Below are positions 58,924-64,000 of a stretch of 64,000 nucleotides of DNA, one piece after another (positions within the stretch are counted from its first letter, which is position 1; every line of letters begins with the position of its first letter). Both the position numbers and the translations under genes were made by a program. The stretch is from Desulfarculia bacterium. Lineage in GTDB: Bacteria > Desulfobacterota > Desulfarculia > G963662305. The stretch spans positions 818,746 to 882,745 of the forward strand of contig OY759352.1 in NCBI GenBank assembly GCA_963662305.1, given 5' to 3'. The notes beneath the pieces are model-generated. The model was not told the origin of the DNA. It saw only the letters and a list, made by a program, of their open reading frames with translations, and ran no database searches.

Positions 58924-60422
58924 CCGCTCAGTACAAATCCACCGACAGCTTTGTGAAGAATATTTATTTGGATGACGATGAATCGGCCGCCGGTCACCGC
59001 TTCAACGGCCGGGCCACCCTGCGCTGGACCCCGACGGAGCAGTGGGACATATCCTTTATTGCGGACATGCTGGACTCCGATGACAAAACCGGCTTTATGC
59101 GCTATGCCGTCGGCCCCAACACCACGGACCGCTTTGAGGTCAGCCACGACGAGGAGACTGAAAAACGCATAGAAGAGAACAACAGCCAGATTCTGAAAAT
59201 CAACTATAAATCAGAATCCTTCAAGGTCACTTCGCTGACCGGGGTGACTTACGGTTCATACGCAAAATCAAACGATTCCGACATGTATAGTAACCCGAAA
59301 AAAAGAATATACAATGAGTATTCCTACGACGCCCGCCAATATTCCCAGGAAATCAGGGTAAACTCCCTGAACGAGGGTAACTTCCAGTGGTTGGCCGGTC
59401 TGTTCGGTTTTCTGGAGGAAAACAGTCGCGATCACAAGAATACCAATAAAACCAAAGGAAAACTGGTTCACAACCACGTCTTTGACATGGAGGCCCAGGG
59501 CTTTGCCGCCTTTGGTCAGGCCACTTATACTATGTTGGACAGGTTGCATGTCATGGCCGGGTTGCGTTTCGATTATCAGGATATGCAGGGCGATTACGTA
59601 AACAAGGCCACTGGGTTGGAACTGCAACAGGATCTGGAGTGCAGGGAGCTTTTGCCCAAGTTCTCGCTTTCCTACGATGTGGCCGACGGGGTGATGGCCT
59701 ACGCCACGGTGGCCAAGGGCTACCTGGTGGGCGGCTACAACTGGCGCAGGGACCCTGAGGAGAATACCTTTGACTACGAGCCCGAGTACAGTTGGAACTA
59801 CGAGGCCGGACTAAAATCCACCTGGCTGAACAACAGGCTCATGGCCAACCTGTCACTGTTCTATATAACCGTGGACGACAAGCAGGTCTCCATCGTGGAC
59901 CCGGATACCACTCTATACACCATTGAAAACGCGGCCAAAGCCTACTCTTATGGTCTTGAGGTCGAGTTGAAAGCACGGCCTGTTTCAGGCTTGGAACTGT
60001 TCGCCAACTTCGGCTTCAACCAATGCAAGTTCGATGAGTTTATCTCCACGGGATGGAACTCCTCTTACACGGAAGTGGTAACCCAGGACATGGCCGGCAA
60101 TTATCTACCCTATGCCCCTCCCTACACCTTTAGCGCCGGGATTCAATACCGGGCCGAATGCGGTTTCATGGCCCGGGCCGATGTGTTCGGAACAGGCAAG
60201 TTCTATGCCGACGCGGCCAATACCGTGGAGCAGGAAGGATATGAACTGGTAAACCTGAAGATCGGTTATGAAGGTAAGAACTGGGATATCTATTTTTGGG
60301 TGAAGAACCTGTTCGACCAGGAGTACTTCGTCATGATGGGCGCCCAAAGTGGTGGTTCAAACTTCTACGCCACAGATGGAGGCCCCAGGACTTTTGGCGT
60401 AACAGTGGCCTACCGGTTCTAA
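58924..60422 (+). pseudogene. TonB-dependent receptor, 5'-truncated by IS4
   Basis: Beta-barrel features YSQEIRV, GLRFD, PEYSWNYEAGLK, KNLFD..Y, terminal PRTFGVTVAYRF; no signal peptide or plug; open frame begins at IS4 right end. Confidence 0.82.
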
Positions 60423-60433
60423 GGAGAAAGACA

Positions 60434-61555
60434 ATGGCACTGCCCGAAGTGGAAATAAGCTCGAGTAAACTGCGCTGGATGCTTCTGGGATCAACCCTGA
60501 CCAGGCTCCTGACCACCGGCATCAGGCTGGGCGTATTCGATCATTTGACGGAGCCGTCTGATGCTGACCGGATAGCCCGGACCGTTGGATGCGATACGCT
60601 CAATGCCGAGCGGTTTCTCAACATGTTGACGGCCTCCGGCCTGCTGGAAAAAAAGAACGGCCTCTATAAAAACCTACCCATTGCCGAAATCTTCTTGGTT
60701 AAGGAAAGTCCCTCTTACCTGGGTAAACTCTTCCTGATGCAGGCCGGTAAGCGCGACTTGATGACCAAGGACCTGTACAAACTGGTCAAGGAAGGCCCGC
60801 CCTCGGACTCCAAGGATATGTTCAGCAACACCGAGGAGTATTGGGGGCGATGCTCCGAATCCGCAGCCATTGTGGCCAGGTCGGGCATCGCCCAGAAGAT
60901 GTCCGGGATCGTCTCCCGGTTGCCGGAATTTCCTTCCTTCCGCAATATGATGGATCTGGGAGGCGGCCCGGGCATTTTTGGTATCGCCATGGTTTTAGCC
61001 CACCCCAGTATGACCGGGGTTGTCTTTGATCTTAAGCCCGCCGCCGAATCGGCAAAAAAATACATCGCCGAATACGGCGTAGAGGACCGGATGGATGTTC
61101 GGGCCGGCGACTACAACCAGGATCCCCTGGGTGGGCCTTATGATTTCATCTGGGCCAGCTCGACCCTCAATTTCGCCCGGCCCGGCATGGACCCGGTTCT
61201 GAAGAAAATATATAATGCTCTGAACCCGGGAGGCGTATTCGTTAATTTTTCGGAAGGGCTCACCCACGAAAAGACCCAGCCGGATTTCATGGTTCTTTCC
61301 ACAACCCCCGGGGCGATGAACAATCGGCCCTGGAGGCCCTTTGACCAGGGGGTTATTGCCGAAGCCATGCTCAAGGCTGGGTTCAAGTCGGTAAGATCAC
61401 AGACCGTGGAAGACGGTTGGAGCGCCACGGATCTGATATCGCCAGAAAATAAATCCTTTCCCGGACCGGGCCAGACTATGAATTGGGGCCTGGTTCCAAT
61501 GAACTACCCCGCAGCAAACTGCGGAGTATTGGGGAATCAGAATATTTCCGATTGA
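60434..61555 (+). CDS. SAM-dependent O-methyltransferase (dimerisation domain + Methyltransf_2); C-terminus probably frameshifted
   Basis: RBS AAGGAG, ATG 60434; LGVFDHL, MMDLGGGPG, GVVFDL, AGDY, YDFIWAS, ALNPGG. Confidence 0.82.
   Translation: MALPEVEISSSKLRWMLLGSTLTRLLTTGIRLGVFDHLTEPSDADRIARTVGCDTLNAERFLNMLTASGLLEKKNGLYKNLPIAEIFLVKESPSYLGKLFLMQAGKRDLMTKDLYKLVKEGPPSDSKDMFSNTEEYWGRCSESAAIVARSGIAQKMSGIVSRLPEFPSFRNMMDLGGGPGIFGIAMVLAHPSMTGVVFDLKPAAESAKKYIAEYGVEDRMDVRAGDYNQDPLGGPYDFIWASSTLNFARPGMDPVLKKIYNALNPGGVFVNFSEGLTHEKTQPDFMVLSTTPGAMNNRPWRPFDQGVIAEAMLKAGFKSVRSQTVEDGWSATDLISPENKSFPGPGQTMNWGLVPMNYPAANCGVLGNQNISD
61499..61530. repeat. Palindromic motif resembling IS200/IS605-type subterminal hairpin
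   Basis: ATGAACTACCCCGCAGCAAACTGCGGAGTATT (TACCCCGCAG / CTGCGGAGTA stem); no linked tnpA/tnpB. Confidence 0.45.
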
Positions 61556-61639
61556 TGCTCTTGCTGTGGGGGATTACATGCATTATTCACGAGTTGCGTT
61601 GTCAGTCGGCCCTCCGGTGGGATGATTTCAGCTTACTAT

Positions 61640-61779
61640 CAGGCTGTTGAAAAACACCGTTTAGGGCTTGAATCCATGGAGTCTGACTGCTAGCCTTGTC
61701 CCAGTTGAGGAGGAGACTGGGATGAGAGGAATAAACGATAGCCAAGACGGGATGTTCAGCTACATATCACCGGAGCAGC
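61640..61779 (+). mobile_element. 5' stub of an IS5/IS1182-like element
   Basis: End-like CAGGCTGTTGAAAAAC; RBS GAGGAG and ATG 61722: MRGINDSQDGMFSYISPEQR, cut by IS66 end. Confidence 0.6.
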
Positions 61780-62618
61780 GTAACCGTCAAATAGGCTGCA
61801 TCTGTTCAGGCCCGCATCGGAATGATATTTGTGGGAGTAATGTTTTACGCCGCGCTGGACTTGGCGGGGATGCGACCGGGCAGTAGTTGGCGGAGGTCCT
61901 GTTCTGATTTGGCCTTGGGCAGTTTATCAAAGAGATTGTTGAGGTAATCGAGGGGATTGAGGCCGTTTGCCTTGGCGGATTCGATGAGGCTGTAGATGGC
62001 GGCGGAGGCCTTTGCACCGCGGGGGGAACCGGCGAAGAGCCAGTTCTTTCGGCCCACGGCGAATGGCCTGATGGCGTTCTCGGCGGCGTTGTTGTCCGGG
62101 GTCAGATCGGGGTTCTCCAGGTAGGCGGTGATGCGGGGCCGCTGGCCCAGGGCGTAGGAGGCGGCCTTGCCCAGCAGGCTTTTGGGCGGGGTTAGCGGTC
62201 CTTTTTCGAACAGGATATTCTTTATTTTGTCCAGCAGCGGCTTGATCTCCTTTTGGCGCATGGCCAGGATTTCAGGGGGCGTCGACCCTTGTTGCCGGGC
62301 CTGCTTCTCCTTTTTGTAGACCTTGGCGATGAGGTTGAGGACGGCCTGGGCGACTCCGCCCTTTTTCTTTTTGCCGCCGGCCTTGAGCACGTCGTGAAAC
62401 TTACGCCTGACATGGGCCAGGCAGCCGACGTGGATGATTGATTCCCGACCGCCCCGGGCCACCCACATGTATGATTTGGTAGTGTTTTCCCGGCCTGGCT
62501 CACGGAGGACCTGGACCGGGTTTTCGTCCATGTTGATTATGGGTCCGGACCGGATCTCCCGGTGCAGCAGGTCAAGGAGCGGCTCGACAGCCCGTCCGGC
62601 TCTAATCGCCCAGCTGGA
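61780..62618 (-). mobile_element. IS66-family element, 3' half (tnpC C-terminus, internally deleted, plus terminal repeat)
   Basis: SSWAIRAG..MDENPV..CLAHVRRKF..DNNAAENAIRP..GRKNWLF..YSLIESAKANG; TIR GTAACCGTCAAATAGGCTGCATCT at 61780. Confidence 0.85.
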
Positions 62619-63670
62619 TGTCAAGGGCGGAGTAAAAATGTACCAGTGGGGCGGAGTAAAAGTGTACCGGTTTTGAAGTTGATCATCAGGGGGCCTTAAG
62701 GCCGCCTGATGAGGATAGAGGCGTGCATCAGGTATTGCCTTTTAGCCGTTTGGATTGTTTGAGGCGATAGCTGTGGCCGTTCATTAGGATGTGAACATGA
62801 TGGGTGAGGCGGTCCAGGAGAGCACCGGTGAGGCGTTCGGAGCCGAACACGTCGGGCCACTGGTCAAAGGGCAGGTTTGTGGTGATCAGGATCGAGCCGC
62901 GTTCATATCTTTGCGGGATCAGTTCAAAGAGCAGCTCAGCCCCGGTCTTGGAGAAGGGCACGAAGCCCAGCTCGTCGATGATCAGGAGATTAACCCCGGC
63001 CATCTGTTTTTGAAGCCTAAGGAGCCGTTTTTCATCCCTGGCCTCGATCATCTCGTTGACCAGGGCGGCGGCGGTGGTGAACTTGGCCTTGAAGCCGTTC
63101 TGACAGGCGCTGAGGCCCAGGGCCAAGGCCAGGTGGGTCTTGCCTGTTCCGGAGTTGCCCACGGCCAGGACATTCTCCCGCCTGTTGATGAACTCGCCCC
63201 GGGCATGAGAGCCGTGTAGGATTTGGCCGAGGTGGTCTCGACCCTGGCCCTGGGCAGATGGGGGTAGTTTTGAAGGTCCAGCCGGGGCGTTTTATCTTCT
63301 ATCCGGCACAGGACCAGATGCTTGACCGCGTCGTAGGAGACCGCACCCAAGCCGAGGGCCGCTTTGATCCCGGCCCTGACCTCGGCCTGGTCAAAGATCT
63401 CCAGCAACCTCAGGATCTGGATATACTCCCGCTTTCCCTTTTTCCCCGAGCGCCGTTCCAGGAGCCGGCGCAAGCGGTTGAACTCTTGGGGCGGCTCCCA
63501 GCCCTTGAGCGGCGCGGCCTGGTCCAGGGCATTTGGTTTACGCTCCAGGATCTTTAGAGTAAGCCTCAAAAACACGTTCCGTGTTTTTGAGGGACCGCCG
63601 GGCCAAAAGCGCGGTTTTGGCCCGGCTTACGGTCGCTTAGCGACCGGCGGCCCGTGTCCGGTCCGCTTTA
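62619..63670 (-). mobile_element. Second degraded IS21 copy (inverted), with same istA/istB deletion and MITE; cut by IS3
   Basis: Right end TGTCAAGGGCGGAGTAAAAATGTACCA; ORFs 62728-63162 and 63048-63575 near-identical to 50519-50953 and 50106-50633; MITE at 63555-63670. Confidence 0.88.
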
Positions 63671-64000
63671 TGACCAGCCCCCCATATTTCGATCCAGGCT
63701 GAGAGTTGTATACTGTTTCGACCTGGATGTTGATGGGAGGTTTTTATGCCGAAGCGAGGAAATAGTGCGGAGCAGATAATCGGTATGCTTCGCGAGGCGG
63801 AAGTTCTTAACGGTCAGGGTCAGAGCAACGAGCAGATCTGCCGTGGGTTGGGAGTCACCCCCACCACCTATTACCGATGGCGCAAGGAGTATGGTGGGTT
63901 AAAGATCAGCCAGGCCAAGAGGTTGAAGGAGTTGGAGAAAGAGAACGCCCGGTTGAGGAAGGCTGTTTCTGATTTGAGCCTGGACAAAGTAATCCTGAAG
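63671..64000 (+). mobile_element. IS3-family (IS407-group-like) element, partial; orfA from 63746
   Basis: Left end TGACCAGCCCCCC; GGGAGG RBS; MPKRGNSAEQIIGMLREAE..TYYRWRKEYGG..RLKELEKENARLRKAVSDLSLDK. Confidence 0.85.

Overview
Bacterial DNA, mostly GC-rich; gene content suggests an anaerobic deltaproteobacterium (Desulfobacterota-like, inference). Layout: (1-12.4 kb) exported proteins (VWA protein, 10-Greek-key betagamma-crystallin protein), orphan cbiQO, a transporter-like sensor, a GPH transporter, Re-citrate-synthase-like enzyme + icd; (12.5-14.4 kb) nested IS3 elements; (14.6-25.4 kb) a visibly lower-GC 10-gene amino-sugar/surface-glycan tailoring cluster (AsnB with an ATC start, GNAT, two twitch radical SAMs, WbqC, GT2, flippase-like, DegT, divergent GT5, methyltransferase); (25.5-38.1 kb) a GntR-linked catabolic operon (ThDP enzyme, LIV-type ABC, two URO-D-fold proteins, HcnABC/opine-oxidase-like dehydrogenase); (39.1-47.2 kb) a stressosome operon with three tandem RsbR paralogs (DosS-like GAF, Cys-rich PAS, PAS+GAF-like), RsbS, RsbT, RsbT-RsbX fusion and a hybrid kinase; (47.3-64 kb) an IS graveyard (IS3, IS66, IS21 x2 with a hairpin MITE, IS4, IS5/IS1182-like) enclosing a CheB/CheR + hybrid kinase pair, a 5'-truncated TonB receptor and an O-methyltransferase. 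Best candidates for an undescribed system: the multi-input putative gas/redox-sensing stressosome, the twin radical-SAM glycan cluster and the URO-D/ThDP catabolic operon. No rRNA, tRNA or CRISPR array was seen. All family calls are from motif recognition by eye; no searches were run.
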